Of a DNA stretch of 64,000 bases, positions 39,456 to 48,917 are shown piece by piece (position 1 is the stretch's first letter; each line of letters starts with the position of its first letter). This DNA is from Candidatus Omnitrophota bacterium. Its GTDB lineage: Bacteria; Omnitrophota; Omnitrophia; Omnitrophales; Aquincolibacteriaceae. The stretch covers positions 453,183 through 517,182 of the forward strand of contig JAKLFP010000001.1 in assembly GCA_022711115.1 (NCBI GenBank). Reading direction: 5' to 3'. The notes beneath the pieces are model-generated. The model saw nothing but the letters and a program-made list of their open reading frames with translations. It searched no databases and had not been told where the DNA came from. The position numbers and the translations under genes are program-made.

Positions 39456-41735
39456 CTAGAACCGCAGAGGCTGTTTCAAAGGTATCGTAAAGGAAAAGAC
39501 GCTTCCTTTTTTGTATTCAGAGTTTACAGCAATGGCGCCATGATGCTGATCAATGATTTTTTTTGAAATGGCAAGCCCAAGGCCCGTACCGCCAGGCGCT
39601 ATAAGTTTCGCACCCTCGAGTTGTCCAAATTTCCTGAATAGTTTAGGAATATCCTTTTGCTGGATACCGATGCCGGTATCCAGCACCGAGACCTTGACGC
39701 CCTTGGGATCCAGAGAGGATTTGATTTTGATACCGCCCTCCAGGGTAAACTTTATGGCGTTCTGGAAAAAATTTGTTAGCACTTGAATGATTTTATCCCG
39801 ATCGACCATAATCTCCGGGAGATCGTTTTCCAGCTCAAGCTCCAGAGTCAGATTCTTGTTTTCCGCTAGAGGTCGCATAGCGCTTGCAGCTTCTCGAACA
39901 ATTTTGTTCAAGTCGCATTTTTTGAATTGAAATTCAATAACACCTGCTTCAAGTTTATGGAAAGCAAGCACATCATTGATTAAACGGACCAGCCGCTCAA
40001 CGCAGCGTTTTGAAATATTAAGAACTTCCTTTTGCTCTTCATTGAGATCCCCTGTCAATCCCTCCAAAACAATACTGATGCCTTCTTTAATGGAATGGAT
40101 CGGGGTGCGAAGTTCATGAGAAACCATCTGGATGAGTTCTGCCTTTATTTCCACGGATTCCTGGTATTTGCGCTCCGTGATATCTTTTGCAAAGCAATAA
40201 AATCCTGAAAAGCCCTGATCTTTTCCCAAAGTTCGGACCAGCACAACATATTGATGAAAAATAGCACCGTCTTTTCGAAATACTTTTACTTCTGCTTCCG
40301 ATTTGCCCCTTTCTTTCATCTCCGTGACAGCCGTTTTCGCCTTTTCATGATCCTCGGGACAAACCATTTCCAAAGGGTTGTGACCCACAAGCTCCTGAGG
40401 ATTTTCATAACCCAGCATAGCGGCGTAGGCTTTATTGACATTTAAAAATCTTAAATTGAAATCAAGCTGAGCGATCCCGTCAAGGGCGTTTTCCATGGCC
40501 ATGGAAAGCTCCTGCAAACGATGTTCAGCCTGGATCTGGTCGGTGATATCTTCCGAAATGCCCAGCAGATAAGCTGGGTTGCCGTGAGAATCCATGACCG
40601 GAATTTTCTTTGTGTGAAGGATGCGGGTTCCTTTTGGAGTCACGATGGGTTCTTCAGGGATGTCCACAAGAGACTTACCCGCAAGAGCCTCTCTGTCTTT
40701 CAAAGTAAAAAAATCAGCCTGTTCTTTCAGAAAAAAAGAGTAATCATTTTTCCCGATAAATTCATCCTGCCTATGACCCAGAAGCTCGGCGCCCGCGCGG
40801 TTAAAACGAATAAATCGAAGCTCTTTTGCTTCCTTGATGAAAAGCATGATAGGAATGTTCTCAATAATAGAGTCAAGAAAGACATTTGCGTCTTTTAAAT
40901 CCCTTTCAGCACGAAGGCGCTCCTCAATCTGCTTACGGAGCTCTTCATTGGAGAGAGTGAGCTGGCTTGCTTTTTGTTGAAGTTCCGCTGTTCTTTCGGC
41001 AACGTTGATTTCAAGCGCTTGGTTGCTGGTCGTGAGCTTGGTGAAGGATCCCTCGAGATTTTTGATTGTGGGCAAAACCACCAATAACCCGACAAGTCCG
41101 AGGCAAACCAGATTTGCAATGAACAAAACAATGCCTATGCGATGGATCGATACAAGTTTTTTGTTGTTTGCTTCTTGGAATTTTACAATCTTCGTGCGCA
41201 AGAACTGTAAAAGATTGTCATTCTTGGACAGGAACTTTAAAAGATGGGGATTGCTGGAGCTAAGACGCACAGGGGAACCTATCAGGAACTTTTTGACGGC
41301 GGAAATATAATCGCTGATTTGGTCATTCAAAAGAACCGGAGGATCAGAATAAATTTTCCGGAGAGCAGGGACCAGTTCTCTAGGGAAGTTTGTTCTCTCC
41401 GCGATAATATCATTCGAAGTGGTTGCAAAAAAAAGAGTTCTCTTTAACCCTTCGTGAACCTCTGCCCTAAGGGCTTTTCGCTCGGCAAGATCGTTGGATT
41501 GGGCATAGCTCGCTGCAAGGAAAGCTGTTTTTTGGAGGATCGTATATTGGTTCTCCATAAAACTGATGAGCGCGGAACTTTTGGAGGCATGGCCGATCTG
41601 GTCGTGCAGGATCATGAAATTCGCGATTGAAAAAACTCCAAGAAAAAAGAAAGCTAAGAAAAACTTGAGGTTTGTTTGAAATAAGATCGGATCTTTTTTT
41701 TGTTTCATAAGGGGTGCGTTTTTCAGTCCAGCCAT
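39456..41735 (-). CDS. Sensor histidine kinase with extracytoplasmic sensor domain and PAS domains
   Basis: Two TM helices bracketing a roughly 170-aa sensor domain. Multiple PAS-like segments. HisKA H-box VSHELRTPIHSI and a C-terminal HATPase_c (G-boxes GTGLGLAI). Confidence 0.85.
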   Translation of the reverse strand: MAGLKNAPLMKQKKDPILFQTNLKFFLAFFFLGVFSIANFMILHDQIGHASKSSALISFMENQYTILQKTAFLAASYAQSNDLAERKALRAEVHEGLKRTLFFATTSNDIIAERTNFPRELVPALRKIYSDPPVLLNDQISDYISAVKKFLIGSPVRLSSSNPHLLKFLSKNDNLLQFLRTKIVKFQEANNKKLVSIHRIGIVLFIANLVCLGLVGLLVVLPTIKNLEGSFTKLTTSNQALEINVAERTAELQQKASQLTLSNEELRKQIEERLRAERDLKDANVFLDSIIENIPIMLFIKEAKELRFIRFNRAGAELLGHRQDEFIGKNDYSFFLKEQADFFTLKDREALAGKSLVDIPEEPIVTPKGTRILHTKKIPVMDSHGNPAYLLGISEDITDQIQAEHRLQELSMAMENALDGIAQLDFNLRFLNVNKAYAAMLGYENPQELVGHNPLEMVCPEDHEKAKTAVTEMKERGKSEAEVKVFRKDGAIFHQYVVLVRTLGKDQGFSGFYCFAKDITERKYQESVEIKAELIQMVSHELRTPIHSIKEGISIVLEGLTGDLNEEQKEVLNISKRCVERLVRLINDVLAFHKLEAGVIEFQFKKCDLNKIVREAASAMRPLAENKNLTLELELENDLPEIMVDRDKIIQVLTNFFQNAIKFTLEGGIKIKSSLDPKGVKVSVLDTGIGIQQKDIPKLFRKFGQLEGAKLIAPGGTGLGLAISKKIIDQHHGAIAVNSEYKKGSVFSFTIPLKQPLRF

Positions 41736-41737
41736 CT

Positions 41738-43429
41738 TCAGGCGGGTCTTCCTAGAAAGAATCCCTGACCGTATTTAACGCCGATTTCTTTTAGCCGTTG
41801 CAGATCTTCCTCAGACTCGATCCCCTCGGCAATAACTTCCGAGTTCAAATCCTCTGCGATCTTCAGAACGCGGCGCATAGAACGCTCCACCTGTGGGTTT
41901 TTGGATATCCCAATAACGTATTTCTTATCAAGTTTAACGACATCCGGCTCTAAAAGTATAAGACTTTCAAGGCATGTATTGCCAAATCCCACGTCATCTA
42001 CAGCGATCTGAATCCCATAATTCTTAAAAGTTTCAACGGGGCCAATCAGATGAGAAGGTTCGCCGAGGATTTGCTGCTCACTAATTTCCAGGCAATAGTT
42101 TTGAGCGGGGCAGTTTACAGAGAGTTTTTCAATGAGCTCCTCAACCTGGAGGTCAATGATGGTCGCTGGAAATAGATTGATATGGCGGTGCATTTGAGCC
42201 GGAAGTTCCGATGAAGCAGTGACGCAGGAACGGAAGCAATGACGGTCCACAAGCGTAAGGATGTTGTTTTCCATGGCGACTCGGAAAAAAACATCCGGCA
42301 TACAGACAGCGCCATTTTGAAGGCGGGACAAAAACTCATAGCCGATCACTGCTTGGTCCTCGAGGCGCACAATCGGTTGTTTGAGCGCGAAAAAATCATT
42401 TCCCTTGCGTAAAATTTCCGGCAAAGGGGATGGGGAGGTGGTAGGTACCCTTTCTTTAGGTCTCTCGAGTTCATTGTAGGAAATACAATTTTTTCCATTT
42501 GCTTTACTTCGTCTTAAAAGGGGATCGGCAATCGCCAGCAATTCGTCAACCGAAGTGATTTGCTCAGGGACTGGAGTGACACCGATGCTCGCGGTGACGC
42601 GGAACGTCTCCTTTTCCCCGAGAGAAATCGTAGTGTGGGAGATAGCTGATTTCAGCCTTTCGGCAAGTTGAAGGCCTTCATTCAATTCGGTTTTTGGAAG
42701 AATAAGGATAAATTCATCACCGCCGACTCTTGCAATATGATCAGAAAGCCGGACAGCATCCCTTATCTGCTTGGAAGTTTCTTTAAGAAGAATATCTCCC
42801 ACCGGATGCCCAAGAGAATCATTGATTTTTTTAAAATTATCGATGTCAATAACAAGGGCCATCATGTCCCAGCCCTCGCGGATCATAAGCTGGATTTCAC
42901 GATTTAACGCCTGTTGTAACCCACTCCGATTGTAAAGTTCGGTCAAAGGATCTAAGGCAGCCATCTTTTCAAGGCGGAGATTGGTTTCGCGAAGCCTTCC
43001 GGTGACGGATGCGAGCTTTTCCTTAATACGATGCCGGTCAATGGCGTGATGAATAATTCTCAGCAACAGTTTGGAGTTAAAGTCGTTTTTGACAACATAA
43101 TCATCAGCTCCCTTGCGGACAGCATCGATTGCCAATGCGTCATTATCAAGCCCTGTCATGATGACAATCGGGGTATGTCTAGCTTGCGCGTGAACCTTAA
43201 TAAAAGTCTGTATGCCGCTTGAATCCGGGAGCACTAGATCAAGCAAGATCAAGTCCCATGAGTTTTCTTGTAACAAGTCAAGGGCCTGTTGCAGGTCGAG
43301 CGCGCAAGTAATTTGAAGAGGCGGGTTCTTTTCTCTGGTGAGGCGTATCTTAAGTATGCTGGCGAACTCGGGATCATCTTCCACAAGCAAAAGCTTCAGA
43401 CTGGGTTGTATGAATTTTTCGCCGTTCAT
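41738..43429 (-). CDS. Response regulator with REC-GGDEF-EAL architecture
   Basis: REC (LLLVEDDPEFASILK...LILLDLVLPDSSG). GGDEF with an intact RVGGDEFILIL. EAL domain with variant EFLSR, DDVGFG, KLDK and EGIESEE motifs. Confidence 0.85.
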   Translation of the reverse strand: MNGEKFIQPSLKLLLVEDDPEFASILKIRLTREKNPPLQITCALDLQQALDLLQENSWDLILLDLVLPDSSGIQTFIKVHAQARHTPIVIMTGLDNDALAIDAVRKGADDYVVKNDFNSKLLLRIIHHAIDRHRIKEKLASVTGRLRETNLRLEKMAALDPLTELYNRSGLQQALNREIQLMIREGWDMMALVIDIDNFKKINDSLGHPVGDILLKETSKQIRDAVRLSDHIARVGGDEFILILPKTELNEGLQLAERLKSAISHTTISLGEKETFRVTASIGVTPVPEQITSVDELLAIADPLLRRSKANGKNCISYNELERPKERVPTTSPSPLPEILRKGNDFFALKQPIVRLEDQAVIGYEFLSRLQNGAVCMPDVFFRVAMENNILTLVDRHCFRSCVTASSELPAQMHRHINLFPATIIDLQVEELIEKLSVNCPAQNYCLEISEQQILGEPSHLIGPVETFKNYGIQIAVDDVGFGNTCLESLILLEPDVVKLDKKYVIGISKNPQVERSMRRVLKIAEDLNSEVIAEGIESEEDLQRLKEIGVKYGQGFFLGRPA

Positions 43430-43488
43430 TTATTGCCCCGATTTTCTGTGAACCAATAAGCTTTAAGATGCTATGGTTTGAAGCAAGA

Positions 43489-43953
43489 TTATTTCACTAA
43501 AGCCTCCGGAAAAATTTTTTTAATATTTTCAAGAAGTTCATTGAATTCATAAGGTTTTGTGAGATAAGCATCCGCGCCGATGACTTTTCCAAGAATTTTA
43601 TCCACCATGGAATCCTTGCCCGTCAGCATGATGATAGGAATTTTTGCGATCTGCTCGTCATAATTTTCCCGGATCTTTTTGCAAACCTCTTCGCCCGGGA
43701 GCTTCGGAATCATCAGGTCAAGGATGACAAGATCAGGGATGCTTTCTGTCGCTTCCTTGAGGCCGGTCGCCCCATCAAAAGCCGTTAAGACTTCAAAGCC
43801 CAAATTTTTAAGACGAAAAGACAAAAATTTGCTGGCGCTGTATTCATCCTCAATAATAAGGATCTTTTTTTTGCGGGATAGACGAACTTGTTCCATGTTA
43901 ATTGATTCTGATGTTTTTAATGCTGAGCTGCGGTTTTTTGTGCTAGTCGTCAT
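43489..43953 (-). CDS. Single-domain CheY-like response regulator
   Basis: REC domain (ILIIEDE...LVILDLMIPKLPG...KPY). Start set at the ATG (MTTSTKN) preceded by AAGGGG 7 nt upstream; the listed ORF extends to 44043. Confidence 0.75.
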   Translation of the reverse strand: MTTSTKNRSSALKTSESINMEQVRLSRKKKILIIEDEYSASKFLSFRLKNLGFEVLTAFDGATGLKEATESIPDLVILDLMIPKLPGEEVCKKIRENYDEQIAKIPIIMLTGKDSMVDKILGKVIGADAYLTKPYEFNELLENIKKIFPEALVK

Positions 43954-44221
43954 ACGAACACCCCTTATAAAAATCTGTGGGAAATCCAGTTCGTATCTAC
44001 TTGTTCTAAAAAAGAAACATTTTTTAAAAAACACTTTCTTCACTTCTAAAAAAAGTATAGCCTCATTTTATGGAAAAGGCAAATGAAGGCGCTATTTTGA
44101 GATAAAAAAAATACTCTTTTGATGAGAAAAGCATATTAAAATTCTATTTTGCTATTCCATTATTTGATTTTAAAAATCTTTGTTTTAGGGGTTCTTCAAA
44201 AAATAGACACAACACAATTCT

Positions 44222-45868
44222 TCAAGCGGGCATTCCCCAGTAGTATCCTTGGCCGTATTGCACACCGAGTTCTTTTAGAGCTTCAAGATCCTCCCGATTT
44301 TCAATGCCTTCGGCGATAATCTTGGTATCAAGGCTGCCCACAACATGCAAAAGCCGCCGCAAAACCTCTCGTCGGCCTTTATCATGAGCGACATCCCTGA
44401 TAATGCCTTTATCTAATTTGATGACATCAGGCTGGAGAATAATGAGACTCTCAAGACAACTTCGCCCGAATCCCACATCGTCAATGGCAATACATATACC
44501 GCGTTTTTTGAATTCCGTTATTGCTGGCACAAGATAGGACGGATCTCCCAGAATCTGCTGTTCGCTAATCTCAACACAGTAGGACCCGCAAAGACTTGTG
44601 GGCGGGAATAACCGGTCAAATTGCTCGGTTTGAAGTCCTGCAAGAGTAGAAGGAAAAAGGTTTAAATGTTTCTCGTAGGCGGCCGGGACTTTATACGAAG
44701 CCGCCATCGTTGTTTCAAGACAATGATGATCGACGGCGAGAAGAATATTGCCTTCTCGGCTGAAATTTAAAAATTCTTCCGGCATTTCAAAACCGGGGAT
44801 AGTCGAACGGGACAAAAACTCGTAGCCGACCGTTTTTTCTTCAGAAAGGTCCCAAATCGTTTGCTTGACCGCGTGAAAACAACGGCCTGATTTGAGCTGT
44901 TCAATAACGTTTTCAGTCTTTTCTTCCTTGCCATCCTCAAAGCTGACACGGTTCTTCCCAAGTCGCTTACTCTTTGCAAGCGCTCCATGGGTTTGCTCGA
45001 GAAGTTCCTCGATAGAAAGATTTCGTTTTGTGACATTGATAACCCCAAAACTTGCTGTGATACGTATCTCTTGACCGCTTAGGGACATAGCCGGGGTTCG
45101 GCTTATTGCAAGGCGGAGTCTTTCGCAAAATCGAGCCGCCTCTGCCGAGCGAGTGTCCGGCAGCAGGATGATAAACTCATCCCCGCCGATTCGAGATACA
45201 TAATCTTCAAGGCGAATGGTATTTTTCAAAATTTTTGCGATTTCCTGAAGGACAATATCGCCTACCGCATGTCCAAAAGAATCGTTGATGGGTTTAAAGT
45301 TGTCTAGATCCAGCAAAATGACCACAAGATTCGAGCCCTCACGAGCGGAGACTTGGAGTTCCCTGGAAAGGACGCGTTGCAAACCGCGCCGGTTAAGCAA
45401 TTGGGTCAAAGGATCCAGCGAAGAAAGCTGTTCGAGACGCTTGTTAAGTTCTTCGAATTGTTTTTTTTGATGATGGCGTTCAATCGCATAATTCAAAATG
45501 CGGAAAAGGACTTTTCGATCGACGTTCCCTTTCACCACATAATCCTGAGCACCTCTTTTAACGGCTTCAAGGGCTAGCGCATCATCATCCATGCCGCTCA
45601 GGATCACAAAAGGGACATCTTTGATTACGGAGGCTAATTTTTCAAAAGTTGCGATACCGTTGCTGTCCGGTAAACCGAGATCAAGAAGAATTAAATCAAA
45701 TTTCTTTTCGCAGAGGATTTGCAAAGCAGACCCAAGGTTTGTCGCGACTTCCACCTCAAAGGAAGGTTGCTTTTCGGAAAGGAGATTAAGTTTTAAAAGG
45801 TTGGTATAGTCAGGGTCATCTTCCACAAGCAGCATTCTTTTGCTTGCAGGAATGGTATTTTCAGTCAT
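44222..45868 (-). CDS. Response regulator with REC-GGDEF-EAL architecture (paralog of 41738..43429)
   Basis: REC (MLLVEDDPDYTNLLK). GGDEF (RIGGDEFIILL). EAL with the same EFLSR variant, DDVGFG, KLDK and EGIENRED. Confidence 0.85.
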   Translation of the reverse strand: MTENTIPASKRMLLVEDDPDYTNLLKLNLLSEKQPSFEVEVATNLGSALQILCEKKFDLILLDLGLPDSNGIATFEKLASVIKDVPFVILSGMDDDALALEAVKRGAQDYVVKGNVDRKVLFRILNYAIERHHQKKQFEELNKRLEQLSSLDPLTQLLNRRGLQRVLSRELQVSAREGSNLVVILLDLDNFKPINDSFGHAVGDIVLQEIAKILKNTIRLEDYVSRIGGDEFIILLPDTRSAEAARFCERLRLAISRTPAMSLSGQEIRITASFGVINVTKRNLSIEELLEQTHGALAKSKRLGKNRVSFEDGKEEKTENVIEQLKSGRCFHAVKQTIWDLSEEKTVGYEFLSRSTIPGFEMPEEFLNFSREGNILLAVDHHCLETTMAASYKVPAAYEKHLNLFPSTLAGLQTEQFDRLFPPTSLCGSYCVEISEQQILGDPSYLVPAITEFKKRGICIAIDDVGFGRSCLESLIILQPDVIKLDKGIIRDVAHDKGRREVLRRLLHVVGSLDTKIIAEGIENREDLEALKELGVQYGQGYYWGMPA

Positions 45869-46284
45869 GGAATAGATCCTCTATTGATAACAAAATAACC
45901 AAAATCGACGTACCCTTTAACTTATAATACTAATTATACTCCTTCCAAGTAAATCCACTCCATCAAAAAAATCGCTGTAGTTCGGATCACGAGAAAATAC
46001 CCCCGATCGAATAATTTACAGTAACACGGAAAAGTTAATAACCTCAAAATTTCAAAATAAAACTCATGCGCGCAGCCCACGAAACTCATTTGTACGGATT
46101 TGATGGAGATGTGTATAATTTTATGGAGCGACACAAAAAGGTGAGCGGGATGTAGAAAAAAAGTTTAACAAGAATCAGGATAAGTAAGGTCATTTCCAAT
46201 AAATTGTTCGTGTAATCAAAAAAACAACCCAATAATGTTTAAATAATCAAAAAACCTCAATAATGAGCAGGCAAAAATTAAAAC

Positions 46285-47373
46285 ATGATTTCATACAATT
46301 TATTAAAACCTAAGACAATTTGGGAAATATCTCCAGAAACGGATCTTGCCAATATCCGAGGGGGCACCTTTCCTTCAAAAATGCATTTAAGCTTGACCGA
46401 GGCCTGTAATCTAACGTGCAGACATTGTAGGCGCGGGCATCATTTTGTTCGAAAAAACGAAATGTCAAAAGAGATGCTAGATCATATTATTCATGATTTT
46501 TTCCCCTATATCTGTGCCTTGCGAATTGGCGGGAGCGATCTAGGCGAACAAATGCTTTCACCTTATTTTAATTATTTTTTAGGTCAAATTCGAAGATACC
46601 CCATCGATGTTGAACTGGTCACAAACGGGACATTCCTGTCAGAAGATAACGTTGAAGAACTCGTTTCTTCCTTGGCGATTATTTATTTGTCGCTGGAGGG
46701 AATGAACGAAAATTACGAAAAAGTCAGAGGATTTAAATGGAATCAGTGGGTCAAAAATCTTGAGCTGTTGTTAAAGAGCAGGGAGCGAAGTAAAGGACGA
46801 AGGCCTCTGGTCAATCTGTTAGTCACGACATTAAGAAGTTATCAAAGCAACTATTTTAAATTGTTGGAATTTGCCAAAGCAAAAAAAATCGATGGAATCT
46901 CTTTTAGAAATTTCCGCCCTCTTTGTTCGAAAGAAAAAAAAGAATCATTTTTATTCGACGAAGAAAAACACAATCTTTTTTATAATCAAATCAAAAAGAA
47001 AGCAATGGAATTAGGGGTGGCGGTTTCGTGCCCGCCGCCGTTTCCTGTCGGCAATATGAAACCTATCTCGTGTTACCGCAAACCGTGCGGGCAACCCTTT
47101 GAAGTCTTTGGAATCCAAAGCGGCGGTGAAGTTATTCCGTGTTGCAACAGACCGGTTGATCTGGGGGATTACAGCCCCGGATATGCTAATATCATGGCGA
47201 GTTGGACGTCCGAAGCTTTTATAAATTTAAGGAAAACTGTTAATTCAGAAAATCCGTTGCCAGTTTGCCAACATTGTGGAGTTGCAGTGAGTAACCCTTA
47301 TGAGACGAGACCTGTTTTTTTGTCGTTTCAACAAAAAATCCGGAGCTTTTTTTGTCATGGGAGGGAAAAATAA
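46285..47373 (+). CDS. Radical SAM protein with C-terminal SPASM/twitch-like Cys cluster
   Basis: CNLTCRHC (Cx3Cx2C) near the N-terminus. C-terminal Cys-rich region (CPPPF...CYRKPCGQPF...PCCNRP...CQHCG). 362 aa. Confidence 0.7.
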   Translation: MISYNLLKPKTIWEISPETDLANIRGGTFPSKMHLSLTEACNLTCRHCRRGHHFVRKNEMSKEMLDHIIHDFFPYICALRIGGSDLGEQMLSPYFNYFLGQIRRYPIDVELVTNGTFLSEDNVEELVSSLAIIYLSLEGMNENYEKVRGFKWNQWVKNLELLLKSRERSKGRRPLVNLLVTTLRSYQSNYFKLLEFAKAKKIDGISFRNFRPLCSKEKKESFLFDEEKHNLFYNQIKKKAMELGVAVSCPPPFPVGNMKPISCYRKPCGQPFEVFGIQSGGEVIPCCNRPVDLGDYSPGYANIMASWTSEAFINLRKTVNSENPLPVCQHCGVAVSNPYETRPVFLSFQQKIRSFFCHGREK

Positions 47374-47480
47374 TAAAGAAGCGGATCAACTTTAACCTGT
47401 TTTCAATAAGGAGATTACAGGAATATTTTTAGCCCCACCACTGCTGGGCTAAACTCCTGTATCGAATTGCCTCGGCAAAA

Positions 47481-47990
47481 CTAAACATGAAACCCAATCG
47501 GCGATTTGGGTTTTGACAGTTGCGGTTCTAACAACTCTTTGATTGCCTGAAAGACGATCTTGAATTGATGGTCATATTTTTTCTCCATTGTCTCGATTTT
47601 CTGCCGCAATTCCTTATGACTCGCCAGCATTTCCCTTAACTTCGTGAATGTCCGCATGATTTGTATATTCACTTCCACGGCTCTCTCGCTATTGAGGATG
47701 CTGGATAACATTAGGATGCCACGTTCGGTGAAAGCATAGGGGAGATGTCCATCGAGGTGTTGTCTCGAAGGTATCGCAAAATGCGATACCATAGCGTGAA
47801 CCTCTTTTAAATTAAGCCGGAACATGAAATCATAGGGGAAACGTTTGATGTTCCGTTTTACTTGCTCCCTTAGCCTAATTGGTTTTACTCCGTAAAGAAT
47901 CGCTAAGTCTTTATCGAGCATAATTTTCTGCCCACGAAGCAGAAATATCTTATTTTGAATGATTTCTTGTGGGATTAATTTTGCTGTCAT
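47481..47990 (-). CDS. ORF6N-domain (phage antirepressor/KilA-like DNA-binding) protein
   Basis: LRGQKIMLDKDLAILYGVKPIRLREQVKRNIKRFPYDFMFRL matches the ORF6N domain. Start set at the ATG (MTAKLI) with AAAGGA upstream; the longer track ORF would read through the operator-like repeats. Confidence 0.7.
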   Translation of the reverse strand: MTAKLIPQEIIQNKIFLLRGQKIMLDKDLAILYGVKPIRLREQVKRNIKRFPYDFMFRLNLKEVHAMVSHFAIPSRQHLDGHLPYAFTERGILMLSSILNSERAVEVNIQIMRTFTKLREMLASHKELRQKIETMEKKYDHQFKIVFQAIKELLEPQLSKPKSPIGFHV

Positions 47991-48020
47991 TGTTGATGTC
48001 CTTTTCATGTTTTTTAAAAA

Positions 48021-48047
48021 GTGACAGTCACCAAAGGTGACAGTCAC
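48021..48047. promoter_or_regulatory. Tandem 11-bp palindromes GTGACAGTCAC-caaag-GTGACAGTCAC (putative operator)
   Basis: Two identical self-complementary 11-mers separated by 5 bp, directly upstream of the ORF6N gene start. Confidence 0.5.
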
Positions 48048-48161
48048 TAATTCCACCACTGCCGGTCGAGCGAGCGGTATTGGATCGCCTCGGCGATGTG
48101 CTCACTTTGGATTTGTTCAGATCCCGCTAAGTCACTGATCGTTCGGGCGATTTTAAGTATC
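48047..48161 (-). pseudogene. Duplicated 3'-terminal fragment of comM (remnant)
   Basis: On the minus strand it translates to ...[37 protein letters not shown]. The intact comM C-terminus is ...[37 protein letters not shown]. 115 bp, about 83% identical to 49516..49630, with no indels. Confidence 0.7.
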
Positions 48162-48336
48162 CGAACAAGGATTTGCTCTATACAACCTACGAATATCCCG
48201 ACTTTGTGCCGACCGTAATCATCAGATGGGAGGGGTTGGTAGGCATCGGGGTTTAAATAGGGGTCTTCAAGTTACCGGCGAAAGGGGAAATCCTTAGGCC
48301 TTTACAAATAAGAATTATTACTATATAGTTTCGGGC

Positions 48337-48765
48337 ATGAAACGCTTGCTTGAAGAAAAGGATGCCTTCCACGACAAATGCCGGGAGCGCGGACTAAAGC
48401 TCACGCCTCAGCGACTGGCGATTTATGAAGCAATGCGCTACTCGAAAGAGCATCCCTCCATCGACATGGTCTATCAAAAGATCAAGAAAAAATTCCCTCG
48501 AATTTCGTTTGATACGGTTTACCGGACGCTTATTACACTCTGCGATATCGGACTTGTAAAACCTGTAGAAGGGTATGGTTACACAAGGCGTTTTGATCCC
48601 AATACGGGCCAGCATCACCATTTTCATTGTGTTAAATGCCAGAAGATCGTCGATTTTTACGATCAAACTTATGACCGATTAACGGCTCCCTCAAAAATAG
48701 CGCCGGGCTACAAAATCTTGAGCAAAAAGGTGGTGGTTGAGGGCCTTTGCCCGGATTGCAGCTAA
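48337..48765 (+). CDS. Fur-family metalloregulator (Fur/Zur/PerR type)
   Basis: N-terminal wHTH (LKLTPQRLAIYEAM). Metal-site motifs HHHFHCVKCQK and C-terminal CPDC. A TTTACA-17 nt-TATAGT promoter lies immediately upstream. Confidence 0.8.
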   Translation: MKRLLEEKDAFHDKCRERGLKLTPQRLAIYEAMRYSKEHPSIDMVYQKIKKKFPRISFDTVYRTLITLCDIGLVKPVEGYGYTRRFDPNTGQHHHFHCVKCQKIVDFYDQTYDRLTAPSKIAPGYKILSKKVVVEGLCPDCS

Positions 48766-48917
48766 AGAATTTTTTTTGGCTTTAGAGTAATAATAATTAC
48801 GATTTAGTAAATCAGCGCAAATTCAAGGAGGTGGCCAATCGAGAAAATAAAGCGTGATAAGCGGATGCAGTAAATAATATAAAAATATGGATATCAACCC
48901 AAAAGGAGAAAACTATC

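Noticed and set aside
46066-46155. 29-aa ORF (MRAAHETHLYGFDGDVYNFMERHKKVSGM) upstream of the radical SAM gene, considered as a RiPP precursor peptide.
   Set aside because: It has no RBS, no Cys/Ser/Gly-rich core and no leader-like motif. It is indistinguishable from a random ORF in an AT-rich spacer.
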